Source of the DNA: a virus
Length of the DNA stretch: 64,000 nt
Direction: 5' to 3' (one strand)
Virus record (IMG/VR): IMGVR_UViG_3300043540_000321
Span: 32,001-96,000 of that record
Shown: positions 47,494 to 56,580 of the stretch, piece after piece
Numbering within the stretch: position 1 is the first letter of the stretch
Layout: each line of letters starts with the position of its first letter
The notes under the pieces: model-generated
What the model was told of the DNA's origin: nothing
The model's database searches: none
The model's input: the letters and a program-made list of their open reading frames with translations, nothing else
Translations under genes and position numbers: made by a program

Positions 47494-49486
47494 GAAGTAG
47501 TGGGCTCATCTGAACAAGAGTTTGTTTAAGGATGTCGTAGGTCTGAATGTAGGCTCGAACATCGAGTCCGGTCGAGAGAAACACAAAGAGGACAAGGGCG
47601 TCGAGAGTCCTTCCTTGAGACAGCACATTTAATGCCGGATAGAACGGGTGCTGAACGCTCTCCAGCCAGGCCAAAAATGCAGCGATGTCTACCCAGTTGG
47701 TGGCATCGTCCGGCACACTCATCGATAAATTACTCAAGTAACTACTGACAACGGGACTGGTTGGGTCTGCGATCGCCTCCTGGAGAGTCGTAAGAACGGG
47801 ACTGGGCACAGGCGGACACTGAAGAACGGACGGTTTTACGGCCAGTTGAGCGAGCTGAGTTGCCGATGTAAACTTCTCGTCCGGAGTTGACCCGTCGATC
47901 GCACCTAACTTAAGAAGTTGGAGGGTGACCGCCACAGATTGAGCCTTCGTGCCCGTCGCGGCCGCCAGTTTAATAAAACTCAAGATAGACCCGTCGCTGA
48001 GCAGGTCATTGAGGTTGGTCGTTATCTGCACAGCCTTCGACTGAGGAACTCCCAGACGGACGAGTAGAGAGAGAAGAGCTTGCTCTGGGGCGGACGAGAA
48101 ATTGAAATTGCTGCTAGTCGATGCCATCAAGGCTGGCAGAGGGTGATTGACGATCGGCTTGTAGACAACGGGCGGGCTGAGCGGATCGGAGCTAGAGGCC
48201 GTCAGCTCTGGATAGCTCGTGTAGATCGTCATCTGCTCCCAGGTATCTACCTCGTAGTATCGTCGTTGGATGGTTGAGTCAACCTGGGCGAGTACTCCGC
48301 CGCTGATGATATTCCCCTCACCGGTTAGGGGTGTGGATGGGGTTTGAACGATACTGCCTGACGACAGGCTACCAGATATCGAAAGGCGTCCGGTACTGAA
48401 GTCAAAACTAATGGATAGAGAGATAGATAAGTTAGCCGGCAGGTTGAGCTGGATGCCGACCTGGACACAGCCGAACTTGTTGTAGGTTCCCCAGACAGCC
48501 TCGATTACAGCGACGGCCGTCTTCAATGATTTCAAGAAATTGAGCTGCAGCCCAGCCTCTTTAGACGCCTTCGTTAGTCCCTGCAACGCAGAGTTAACGG
48601 TGTTGAGAATATTGCCTACGGCATCTGCACCAGGGAGTTGAGAAGGACTTAACCCAGTTGTAAGAGACGGAGAGTTAGAGGAAGAGAGGACACCTTGACG
48701 ACTCGCGTCGGGGTGTGGAGTTTGAATCTCGATACGCCCCCCTATCGCTGTCCGCCAGTAGGCTAGGCTCTCTGCAATCTTCAGCTCTGCTCGTTGGACA
48801 TCTTTGAGTGCCTGGTGCATGGGCATATCGGCCAAGGACTGGCGCGGACCCTCCACCTTCTTGACTTCGTTCTGACCGGCCTCGATTCTCTGTCCGGCGA
48901 AGTACCAGTAGACGTTGCTACTGCTGTCAACGACCATCCGAGTCCCAGGCACCTCTGCCCCAGTCGATGAGTTCTGGGGTTGAAGAGGGGAAGAGTTTCT
49001 CAGAATAAGTGGGTAGACAGTACTCTCCGCCTCACCATTGACCGCCAATACTTCTGGAGGGAGTGGGCGAGGGTAGATATACAGCCCAGTAACATCCTTC
49101 GTGTCGATGTCTGGAAACCGTCCATTCTGCCACTCGCTGACCTGCCCATTAATAAAAAACGAGTCGTCAATATAGGGTTGACTGGTGCCACCCCGCATGA
49201 AGGAGACCTTAACGGGCTGCCCTGGACGCAACGGCATCGGGCAGAATCCAACCCCATTTGCTTGAGTGAACGCCCCGGGGATGCTGCGCGGAACATCTCT
49301 CAGCATGACATTGCCCATCTCTGGAACGACTACGTTGTAGGCATTGGTCATGCGATTAATGTCCGAGACATCCGCGACGTAGCCCCACACACTGTTTTGA
49401 AGTGGGACATGAACCCTCTGGTTCTGGGTGGAGGTGACTAAACTTTTAGTCTGCTGATACTCCCGAAAGACGTTGCTAATCTCCAT
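47486..49486 (-). CDS. Baseplate spike/gp5-type OB-fold protein (P2 gpV / Mu gp45-like N-terminus) with long C-terminal extension
   Basis: WGYVADV.D....Y.V.VPE ... PLRPGQPVKVSFMRGGTSQPYI; follows the hub gene. Confidence 0.7.
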   Translation of the reverse strand: MEISNVFREYQQTKSLVTSTQNQRVHVPLQNSVWGYVADVSDINRMTNAYNVVVPEMGNVMLRDVPRSIPGAFTQANGVGFCPMPLRPGQPVKVSFMRGGTSQPYIDDSFFINGQVSEWQNGRFPDIDTKDVTGLYIYPRPLPPEVLAVNGEAESTVYPLILRNSSPLQPQNSSTGAEVPGTRMVVDSSSNVYWYFAGQRIEAGQNEVKKVEGPRQSLADMPMHQALKDVQRAELKIAESLAYWRTAIGGRIEIQTPHPDASRQGVLSSSNSPSLTTGLSPSQLPGADAVGNILNTVNSALQGLTKASKEAGLQLNFLKSLKTAVAVIEAVWGTYNKFGCVQVGIQLNLPANLSISLSISFDFSTGRLSISGSLSSGSIVQTPSTPLTGEGNIISGGVLAQVDSTIQRRYYEVDTWEQMTIYTSYPELTASSSDPLSPPVVYKPIVNHPLPALMASTSSNFNFSSAPEQALLSLLVRLGVPQSKAVQITTNLNDLLSDGSILSFIKLAAATGTKAQSVAVTLQLLKLGAIDGSTPDEKFTSATQLAQLAVKPSVLQCPPVPSPVLTTLQEAIADPTSPVVSSYLSNLSMSVPDDATNWVDIAAFLAWLESVQHPFYPALNVLSQGRTLDALVLFVFLSTGLDVRAYIQTYDILKQTLVQMSPLLHD

Positions 49487-49487
49487 G

Positions 49488-51242
49488 TCAAAAAGGCGTA
49501 GATAGGGCTAACTCAGTCTGGAACCCCTGGTTTTCGACGTTGAACCGATGAATGATCGCCTCCACTCGATAGAGCGTAGGTGGGTCTGACAACGGGTTCA
49601 TCTGAGAGGCGGCATTACAGATAAGAGCATCGGGATTCTTCTGGTCGCTGCCCGCAATCTTCATCGTGACGCTACTGCCGTCGTACAGAGGTAAGGTAAC
49701 TTCAGCTCCTTGCTGAACATCGCCGCTGGCTCCGGCATTCTTGAGAGATTCCTCAGCATAGGTTTTCAAGTTGGTGTTGTAGCGGGCATCGAAGTCCAGA
49801 AACTGCTGTCGGTCCTGGTTGGCTCCCTGCAATCCGTACTGAGGTAGTATGGCCGAGCCGATGACCTGAACCACCTCGCCTGGAGTGATCGACGGGTCAC
49901 CCAGTACGATCGCCGTGGCCGCTCGAGTCTCCTTCGCTAAGATTCGAGCGGCATTGAGAGCAACGACGGCTGCTTCCTCGGCTGTTGTAATCGTCGGGTC
50001 ATAGATGCGGGCAAACTTACAGGCATAGTTCGTGTTCGCAAGAGCCTGTGGGCGAACACGAAGGTGAAGTGTCCAGTCGTCCTGGGCCCCACCTTGGGCA
50101 GCCGGTGCGTTCTTATGCACCCAGAAGTTCGTCTTCAACCCAATTGACGATCGCTCCGATCGGAATGCCATCAACATCTGGTTCACGTCCGGCGGCGACA
50201 TATTGTATCCGCCGACCAGATTGCCGTTCGGAGGAGTGACATTGAAGAAGTACGTGCGGAAGAACCGTTTTGGATCGGACAGCCCGGTCGCGTCATTAGC
50301 CCGAGGACTATAGTAAAAGTTCCCGTCCCGATGATCTTGAAAGACCTCTGTCGGGTAGACCTCTTGAGAGGCTAAGAATTTCAAGACATCGATTGGTACC
50401 TGCTGGTTGACCAGGAAATTCGGAGACTGCTGTAAATTGATCGCCGCCCGGGTTGTAAAGATTCGGAAGGAAGGGTTCTCGGGAACCTGAAGCGAGGTCG
50501 TTCGCGTCGTGGCCGGGAGAGGCCCGCCCTTCTGGTACCAGACGTTTGCCGGGGGAATCCCGTCTAGGTTTAGTGTTCCCTGGTCGCCTTTCTCTGCCCG
50601 GGCGAGGTCGTAAAGATACTCTTTGTCCCAGAGGATACTTTTTCCGCAGAGAGAGCATGATATTGTGGGGTCGTCAACTTGCTGACCTGTAGGCTTAGTG
50701 TTAGCCTCTACCTGACCGATTCCTCGCTGAGCAATCTCCAATATCAGGTCAGACCGATAAGGCATATCGCCAGAATTCTCATCGACGGCCGGATTATAGG
50801 TCACGGAAGTATCCATCAGATACTTCATCCGGTCTCGAAGTTGCAAGGTAACCGTATACCCACCGTGAACCGACTGAGTATCCTGGACGTTCTCTATAAC
50901 GCCCACGAATACTCTTAAAAGAGACGTGCCCAAATCGCTCTGAGTAACGGGCCTGAACTGGTTCAGGTAGCCTATCCAGAGGCAAACCTCTTTCTCGATG
51001 TCCAACTTATCAAGAGGGAATGCGAGAGGTAAACCCGTTTGGTTATCTGTCCCCACAAGGATCACATATCCCGTAGATGCAGACCAGAAGCGGGTACACA
51101 TTGTCTTGAACCCACTTACCTTCCAGGGAGTAGCGTTCGAGCAGATTATGTTACCAGTCAAATCCGTCACTACTCCCAAAGGAATGGAGGCGGAACGAAA
51201 ATGGCACTGATCTCCCAGTTCGGGTCGAAAGGTAGCCGTCAT
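49488..51242 (-). CDS. Baseplate hub protein (T4 gp27 / Mu gp44 / late-control D-like)
   Basis: RVFVGVIENV...YTVTLQLRDRMKYL; C-term ATAIVLGDPSITPGEVVQV ... YRVEAIIHRFN...FQTELAL. Confidence 0.8.
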   Translation of the reverse strand: MTATFRPELGDQCHFRSASIPLGVVTDLTGNIICSNATPWKVSGFKTMCTRFWSASTGYVILVGTDNQTGLPLAFPLDKLDIEKEVCLWIGYLNQFRPVTQSDLGTSLLRVFVGVIENVQDTQSVHGGYTVTLQLRDRMKYLMDTSVTYNPAVDENSGDMPYRSDLILEIAQRGIGQVEANTKPTGQQVDDPTISCSLCGKSILWDKEYLYDLARAEKGDQGTLNLDGIPPANVWYQKGGPLPATTRTTSLQVPENPSFRIFTTRAAINLQQSPNFLVNQQVPIDVLKFLASQEVYPTEVFQDHRDGNFYYSPRANDATGLSDPKRFFRTYFFNVTPPNGNLVGGYNMSPPDVNQMLMAFRSERSSIGLKTNFWVHKNAPAAQGGAQDDWTLHLRVRPQALANTNYACKFARIYDPTITTAEEAAVVALNAARILAKETRAATAIVLGDPSITPGEVVQVIGSAILPQYGLQGANQDRQQFLDFDARYNTNLKTYAEESLKNAGASGDVQQGAEVTLPLYDGSSVTMKIAGSDQKNPDALICNAASQMNPLSDPPTLYRVEAIIHRFNVENQGFQTELALSTPF

Positions 51243-51336
51243 TTAATTATCCAGTCTCTGTCTCCATCCATTATTCATTTTGATGGAAGTCAGAAACCAT
51301 GCGTTCGGAAGCACCGATTAGAGGAGAAACTAAACG

Positions 51337-51561
51337 ATGACTACTCTCAAAGAAGTTGAAGGCGTTATTAAAAAAGGTCCGGGGTCTGAATACCTCTGCG
51401 AGACAGAGGAAGGACTTCGGTATTTTATTCACCCAGTTACAATCAAGTCCGGAGTTGCTACCGGACAGAAAATACGAGGTAAAGCCCATGTATACCTCGT
51501 TCCATTTAATGGTCGAAACGGGAACCTATTACCCGAGACGGCTGAGATTCTTCCGGGTTAA
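51337..51561 (+). CDS. Small OB-fold protein, IF-1 / cold-shock-domain-like, antisense to the structural operon
   Basis: GAGGAG SD; EVEGVIK..P...Y.CETEEG..YFIH...I..GVATGQKI...VYLVPF...G.L aligns by eye with both IF-1 and CspA. Confidence 0.45.
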   Translation: MTTLKEVEGVIKKGPGSEYLCETEEGLRYFIHPVTIKSGVATGQKIRGKAHVYLVPFNGRNGNLLPETAEILPG

Positions 51562-52343
51562 CCGATAGACACACCGGCTGGACGACCCAGGCTAGCCCCA
51601 CTTGTTGGATTAGCGGCATTCGCTACGGGCAGAGCAGAGCTTGCATTCACACCTCGGAGGGTGACCCCAGCCCAGACGCTGGTACGATTGACCTCTTCGA
51701 TGCCTTCGGCCAAACCTTCCCAGCGGTTGGCGATCACACTTCGTCCAGCCATTGCCCCGATCGTAAGTGAGTCAACCTTACAGTAAGTCAACATCAGTTG
51801 CCCCGCAGCTTGTCGGTTTGGATTCCAACTGGTAGGCCCAGAATTTAAGAACAACTCACCGTTACCGATAGTTCCGGTGGTGGTGTTGTAGAGTTGCGGG
51901 TTCTGGCTGTATTGACCAGCCGTCGATGAGCTATTGCTGGCTTGCTGTAACTCAGGAGCATCCAGCTCAAATGTGATCTGGAACCGCGCCATGCGACTCA
52001 AACGCATTTCACGGGTGAGGGCGCTGATGCCGAAAGTCTGTTGGAGAATCCGGCTGTCGAGCTGACCGCGTTCAAGCACCCAGCCGATCTGCATTTCCCC
52101 ATCCAGATAGCGAGGGACGCGGTTGTTGAACTCCATGTACGGTTCAGTCGCGTTCCGAATCGTTATTTGGATGGATGTGAAGCGTCCAACCAGGGTATAG
52201 TTACCCGTGGCCTGGTCCAGGACCCACACATCGGCGTCATATCCCTGTAAGGGGTCTAGTAGAGCGTCGTTGACCGCGGCTGCGCCAATGATGCTTACCG
52301 GGTTGCCGTCGCTAGAAGTGATTGAAGTAACGTTGTTAAACAT
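51558..52343 (-). CDS. Tail tube protein
   Basis: Directly after the sheath; GRFTSIQITIRNATEPYMEFN..VP..LDGE..I...LERG pattern of contractile tube proteins. Confidence 0.8.
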   Translation of the reverse strand: MFNNVTSITSSDGNPVSIIGAAAVNDALLDPLQGYDADVWVLDQATGNYTLVGRFTSIQITIRNATEPYMEFNNRVPRYLDGEMQIGWVLERGQLDSRILQQTFGISALTREMRLSRMARFQITFELDAPELQQASNSSSTAGQYSQNPQLYNTTTGTIGNGELFLNSGPTSWNPNRQAAGQLMLTYCKVDSLTIGAMAGRSVIANRWEGLAEGIEEVNRTSVWAGVTLRGVNASSALPVANAANPTSGASLGRPAGVSIG

Positions 52344-52350
52344 GAGGCTA

Positions 52351-52366
52351 TGCGGGTAATGCGGGT
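52351..52366 (-). promoter_or_regulatory. Tandem ACCCGCA motifs 7 nt upstream of the tube ATG
   Basis: Minus strand CCCTACCCGCATTACCCGCATAGCCTC-ATG; no GGAG-type SD present. Confidence 0.5.
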
Positions 52367-52383
52367 AGGGTTAAGAGCCGGGC

Positions 52384-55185
52384 TTATGCTCCAGAAGCAG
52401 ACGCCTGGATGCTAAAGTCAGTGGTCAGATCGCGGACTAGAGAAACATGGATGTAATCTGCCGGGTAGACCGGGGTGTAGGTGATGGTGATGTTCATCGT
52501 CCCCGTGGCGATAGTCTGAGGCGTGTTATTGCTTTCGTCACAAATGGTTGGGCTGTAGCCGTAGATCATTCCCTGACGTTGTAAGAACCGCAGGTAAGCA
52601 TCACAACCCGAAGCAGCCTTACTGCGAACCGCTGCGATGTTTGGAGCCGACCGTATCCAGATCAAGTTAGCGCTCAAGTCCATCACGATCTGGTCGCGCA
52701 TCCTTGAAACCGAGATGTACCGCTGGTTAGGGTCGAGGCTCGTTGTACGCCCATTCAAGAACTTATAAACACTCAGCCCTGGGTCGTAGTAGAGGACTTC
52801 GAGGCCGGCCCGAGTCATAGTGTCCAGATAAACTGGAGTATTCTTAGAGTCAACGGACAGAACTCCGCTGACCGCTTGTCCCTGTGAAATGTTCGCAGGC
52901 GAGATGTGGGGAGGGGTGTTCGCCAGGACGCCAGTGTAAAACCCAACAGGTGAGATCTGGTTGGAACCCAGGTATTGAACTCCGACCATAGTGGAATAGC
53001 CGGATACGAGGATGAGTCGCTCCGATGCGAGTCCAGAGGGTATACTCGCCGCCTGGGCTGCAGTGACTTGGGGCGGTGCCGCTAATACGGCGAAGCGCAG
53101 ACCGTTAACTGTGGTAGACCGCTCGGCCTGAGCAAGTAGTTCGGCGATCGCCAGTTCGTACTGCCCCTGCCCAGTATTCACACCAGCTAGGGTGATGAAC
53201 GCGCAATCCGTTCCCTCCAGGTCGGCGATGGCGTTAATGAAGTCTTGCTCAGAGGGTGGAGTCACGCTGTAGTTAACCGGTTCATAACCGCCCTTCAGAG
53301 ACAGACTTTGTAAGTACGAAGCGCCCTGATAGTTGGCGCTCATCGGATTGTTCGTAATCGATGCGGATAGGAATGAAGAAGGAGGCGCGACTCTCTGGGG
53401 AGTCAGGTCGTAGGTGCTCTGAGCAACGGTCTGTCCCTTCGCCACCATCACCGGCACAAAGTACGCTCGGAGGACCGGACTTCCCAGAGTCTCTAGATAA
53501 AGACCGGTGTTAGGGTCTACCGAGTAGTTATTGAGGGTCAACGTCTGGGTTGGAATTGGAACGTTGAAGTTCTGCGAGCTGGTGTCCGTAATCTGGATCT
53601 GAAATTGTCCAGGAGGCAGGGGCACTACGGTGACCTGAATGCCATTCCCGTAGACACCCGGAGACGTTGCCTCTAAGTAAACCAGAGGGTTGCCATTAAT
53701 GTCATAGAGATAAAGGTGGGCGTGCTTCATCCCATCCTTCCCGCCAGCCATAGCGATCGCGGTGGAAAAGAGGTTGTTGATGTTCTGGAACAGAAGGTCG
53801 GTGGCGGTTCCCGATGAGTAAGTCGGAGTTAGCGTGTAGAAAATCCGGTTCGCTTCTAACCCCGAGAAATAAGAGTTAAAGGTTAGGGAGTACGGCAGCA
53901 GCAAGTTGTTCACAGTCACATCTGCAAACAAAGAATTCATGATCGTGTTAGACACGATCGCAACTTGAAGTTGCTCCAAAATTTGAGCTGCCGATAAACC
54001 CGATTGAAAAGCGGCGGTGGTGTTTGGAAACCCAGAAGCGGCGGTGTTGATTTCTCCAATGGAAACGGACCCTTGGATGAATGGGACCGAGAATGCAGCC
54101 GTCGGAGAGACAACGGTCTGAGACGCAGATTGGGTGTTGGTAATGGAAACGTGGATTCCAGTGTCTAGTAAACCCAACACGTTGTTCGGATTATTAAATA
54201 AATAAACGGGCTGATACCCAGAATTGTTCACAGGAACCGTCAGGAACCCGTCTGCTAACCCGATGGCGTTACTATAACTCTTCGTGCTTAGTAAGGTAGA
54301 GGGAGCCGGAGAGTTTCCATCCCCGTTTCTAAAGGTGTAGGAGAAAATAAAGTACTGAGGCGCTGAGCCACTTGCAGAAACTGTAACAGAAGTCGTTGCG
54401 TTGCCGGAGACTCCAGTCACAGCGCCTTGAGCGATTACTCCGTATACCCCGCTACTCACCTGGAAAGGATAGCTGAGGATGAGGAGCCCCACATTACCTG
54501 AACCAAAACTAATACCTGCGGCTGACGTAGAGAGCAGAAGTCCAGGCTTGGCGTTCGCGTTGAGAACTGTTCCCGCTGCCCCACTCGCTGTCACGATCTG
54601 AATGGACGTGCTACCCGCGATGTTTGCAACAGAAGCAGCGAATGCGGGACTCGCTGTAACCTGGGCTGGATTAACTTGTTCTACGACTTGAAAGTCCAAA
54701 TATCCCAGTCCAGAGAACCCCGGGATGTTTAACACCTGGGTTGGGTCAGTGGCGACAGTTGCCCCAATATAGTTACCTGTTTTAACTAAAGGGCTGCCAA
54801 TATAGGAGGCAGCGAAGTTTAGACCAACTGTTCTAGAGGCTCCGCTACCGACAACGGGTTGAACTAATGCACCTTGAGAAGAGACAAAGAAAACACTTCC
54901 CGATGAAGGAGTTGCCGAGGGCATCACTCGGCTGATCATAAAGTTGGTCGCTCCCTGAAGCATCGCTTGCCGAACCAGCAACGCTCCCGGGGAGGTGTCC
55001 TCCCCGTACAAATAGGCAAAGTCCTGCCTCGACTTGATAAGAGTGGGGGTGTCTGGCCCTCGAGAGAACACTCCAGCTACACCAATCGTGTTGCGCCAGT
55101 TAGGGGTGTAGGGAGTAGGACCAACAATTGTTTCGGAGAAACTAACGTTGGGAAAGGCGTAAGTAGTAGAACCGGAGAGAACCAT
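52384..55185 (-). CDS. Contractile tail sheath protein (933 aa)
   Basis: FPNVSFSE...IGVAGVFSRGP.PTLIKS..DF...YG; C-term RYISVSRMRD...I.ITYTPVYPADYI. Confidence 0.92.
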   Translation of the reverse strand: MVLSGSTTYAFPNVSFSETIVGPTPYTPNWRNTIGVAGVFSRGPDTPTLIKSRQDFAYLYGEDTSPGALLVRQAMLQGATNFMISRVMPSATPSSGSVFFVSSQGALVQPVVGSGASRTVGLNFAASYIGSPLVKTGNYIGATVATDPTQVLNIPGFSGLGYLDFQVVEQVNPAQVTASPAFAASVANIAGSTSIQIVTASGAAGTVLNANAKPGLLLSTSAAGISFGSGNVGLLILSYPFQVSSGVYGVIAQGAVTGVSGNATTSVTVSASGSAPQYFIFSYTFRNGDGNSPAPSTLLSTKSYSNAIGLADGFLTVPVNNSGYQPVYLFNNPNNVLGLLDTGIHVSITNTQSASQTVVSPTAAFSVPFIQGSVSIGEINTAASGFPNTTAAFQSGLSAAQILEQLQVAIVSNTIMNSLFADVTVNNLLLPYSLTFNSYFSGLEANRIFYTLTPTYSSGTATDLLFQNINNLFSTAIAMAGGKDGMKHAHLYLYDINGNPLVYLEATSPGVYGNGIQVTVVPLPPGQFQIQITDTSSQNFNVPIPTQTLTLNNYSVDPNTGLYLETLGSPVLRAYFVPVMVAKGQTVAQSTYDLTPQRVAPPSSFLSASITNNPMSANYQGASYLQSLSLKGGYEPVNYSVTPPSEQDFINAIADLEGTDCAFITLAGVNTGQGQYELAIAELLAQAERSTTVNGLRFAVLAAPPQVTAAQAASIPSGLASERLILVSGYSTMVGVQYLGSNQISPVGFYTGVLANTPPHISPANISQGQAVSGVLSVDSKNTPVYLDTMTRAGLEVLYYDPGLSVYKFLNGRTTSLDPNQRYISVSRMRDQIVMDLSANLIWIRSAPNIAAVRSKAASGCDAYLRFLQRQGMIYGYSPTICDESNNTPQTIATGTMNITITYTPVYPADYIHVSLVRDLTTDFSIQASASGA

Positions 55186-55241
55186 GACGCCACTTGGTAA
55201 TAGGACTAGCTTGTAGTCTATTCAAAGAGGCTGTTTGATAT

Positions 55242-55676
55242 GTGCCCGTTGTTGATAAAGTCCATCCTTTAATAAACGAACCGTTCAATATAATTCCCTG
55301 GAGTGAGATGTACGGACAGCCCCTGAGAAGAAATTCAACAGATAACCCTCGAAATCGAGCAGGATACAAAGACGGACTGGCTGGACTTCCTGCCGAGTTT
55401 ACGGAACGAGAAGATCCTCAATATTTCATCGGTCATTGCGCTGGTCGAGCTGACTATCAAAAGTTGTTGAAAGTGAGAGAGCGGATGCGGCGGGAGGAGC
55501 GAATGGAGAGTGGATATGACGACGCCTATCGTTGCCTTCCTCCACAAGCTGCAGATGAGTTCTACCTTCACGGGTACGACGACTACTACCGCCGTTATCC
55601 CTATGCTCTCTTAAATCCGATACGAGCACTCTGGATGATCGCGGTCTGGATATTAAAGAGGAGAACGGGGTTCTAA
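55242..55676 (+). CDS. Antisense-oriented protein with two RMF-like GY..G/A repeats and a hydrophobic C-terminus
   Basis: GYKDGLAGLP...QYFIGH (aa 41-65) and GYDDAYRCLP...FYLHGY (aa 91-112), exactly 50 aa apart; GAGG SD. Confidence 0.55.
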   Translation: MPVVDKVHPLINEPFNIIPWSEMYGQPLRRNSTDNPRNRAGYKDGLAGLPAEFTEREDPQYFIGHCAGRADYQKLLKVRERMRREERMESGYDDAYRCLPPQAADEFYLHGYDDYYRRYPYALLNPIRALWMIAVWILKRRTGF

Positions 55677-56563
55677 CCCATTACCCAACCTGACATACAA
55701 ACGTTGGCTGAGTTTGTTGAGATCGCAACCGCCGGAACTGAAATGGCGTTCGTGACGAAAGTGACATTTTCTATCATTGTAAGATTGTGCAGTCCGGCTG
55801 CCAGGCGATTTGTTTTGAGGGAGGCTGATGCCACACTGTAGCCGCTGTTGGGAGTAACAACGCCTCCGCTCGCTGACCCTACAGCGGCAACAGATGTTGA
55901 GTTATCTCCAATGACGGCATAGTATCCTGCGCCTGCATCGGGTACTTGCACACTTGCCGTTAGGTAGGCATCGACATGCGTCCCAGCTAGTCCAAGTAAG
56001 ACGCTGCACTGGTTAGAGGAGGAGTTTCGCATCTGACGGGTTCCGGTGGCTGCAATAGTGTAGGTGCCAGCAGTATCCGCCCTCCGAAACGGAATCGGGA
56101 CCTGATTGTAGGCGTTCCAGACATAGACATTCTGGAGGCTAAGCTCAGTTGTGCCGGTACCCGTGGTGTAAAACGACCCGAGATACAAATGGTTGTCGGT
56201 CGACTTGACCCACAACCCATCTACGAAACTCAATGTCGTAGCTCGGGTTGTGGTGTTCGTCCAGACCAGGGATTCGAGGGTGAGGGTCCCACCGTTGTCA
56301 TAGACAAATACGTCGTAGACTTTACTGGCGGTTAGCCCCGATAGCGACAGACTTAACTCACTGAACTTATAGCCCTTAATCCCCCCGACAGAGTCAGAGC
56401 TCTGGATCAAAGGCAGATCGTTTCCTATGTAAGGAGTGTAGTAGAGCGTAACTTTCGCGGTCTGGTCTGAGGTTGTAACTGGAGTAGCGGATACTAAGGT
56501 CAGTCGACCTCCTATCTGAGCTCCGTTAAAGGCATTTCCGACCGAGTTGATAATACCGCCCAT
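55673..56563 (-). CDS. Tail-fibre/receptor-binding-like protein
   Basis: GGRLTLVSATPVTTSD...LYYTPYIGN...YDVFVYDNGGTLTL...WTN.T.RAT..YLGSF..VWNAYNQV, a recurrent phage tail-protein pattern. Confidence 0.55.
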   Translation of the reverse strand: MGGIINSVGNAFNGAQIGGRLTLVSATPVTTSDQTAKVTLYYTPYIGNDLPLIQSSDSVGGIKGYKFSELSLSLSGLTASKVYDVFVYDNGGTLTLESLVWTNTTTRATTLSFVDGLWVKSTDNHLYLGSFYTTGTGTTELSLQNVYVWNAYNQVPIPFRRADTAGTYTIAATGTRQMRNSSSNQCSVLLGLAGTHVDAYLTASVQVPDAGAGYYAVIGDNSTSVAAVGSASGGVVTPNSGYSVASASLKTNRLAAGLHNLTMIENVTFVTNAISVPAVAISTNSANVCMSGWVMG

Positions 56564-56580
56564 TAGTACCTCAGTAGAGA

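Noticed and set aside
38780-55185. Extracellular contractile injection system or tailocin rather than a phage
   Set aside because: Major capsid, scaffold, TerL and a full replication module are in the same window.
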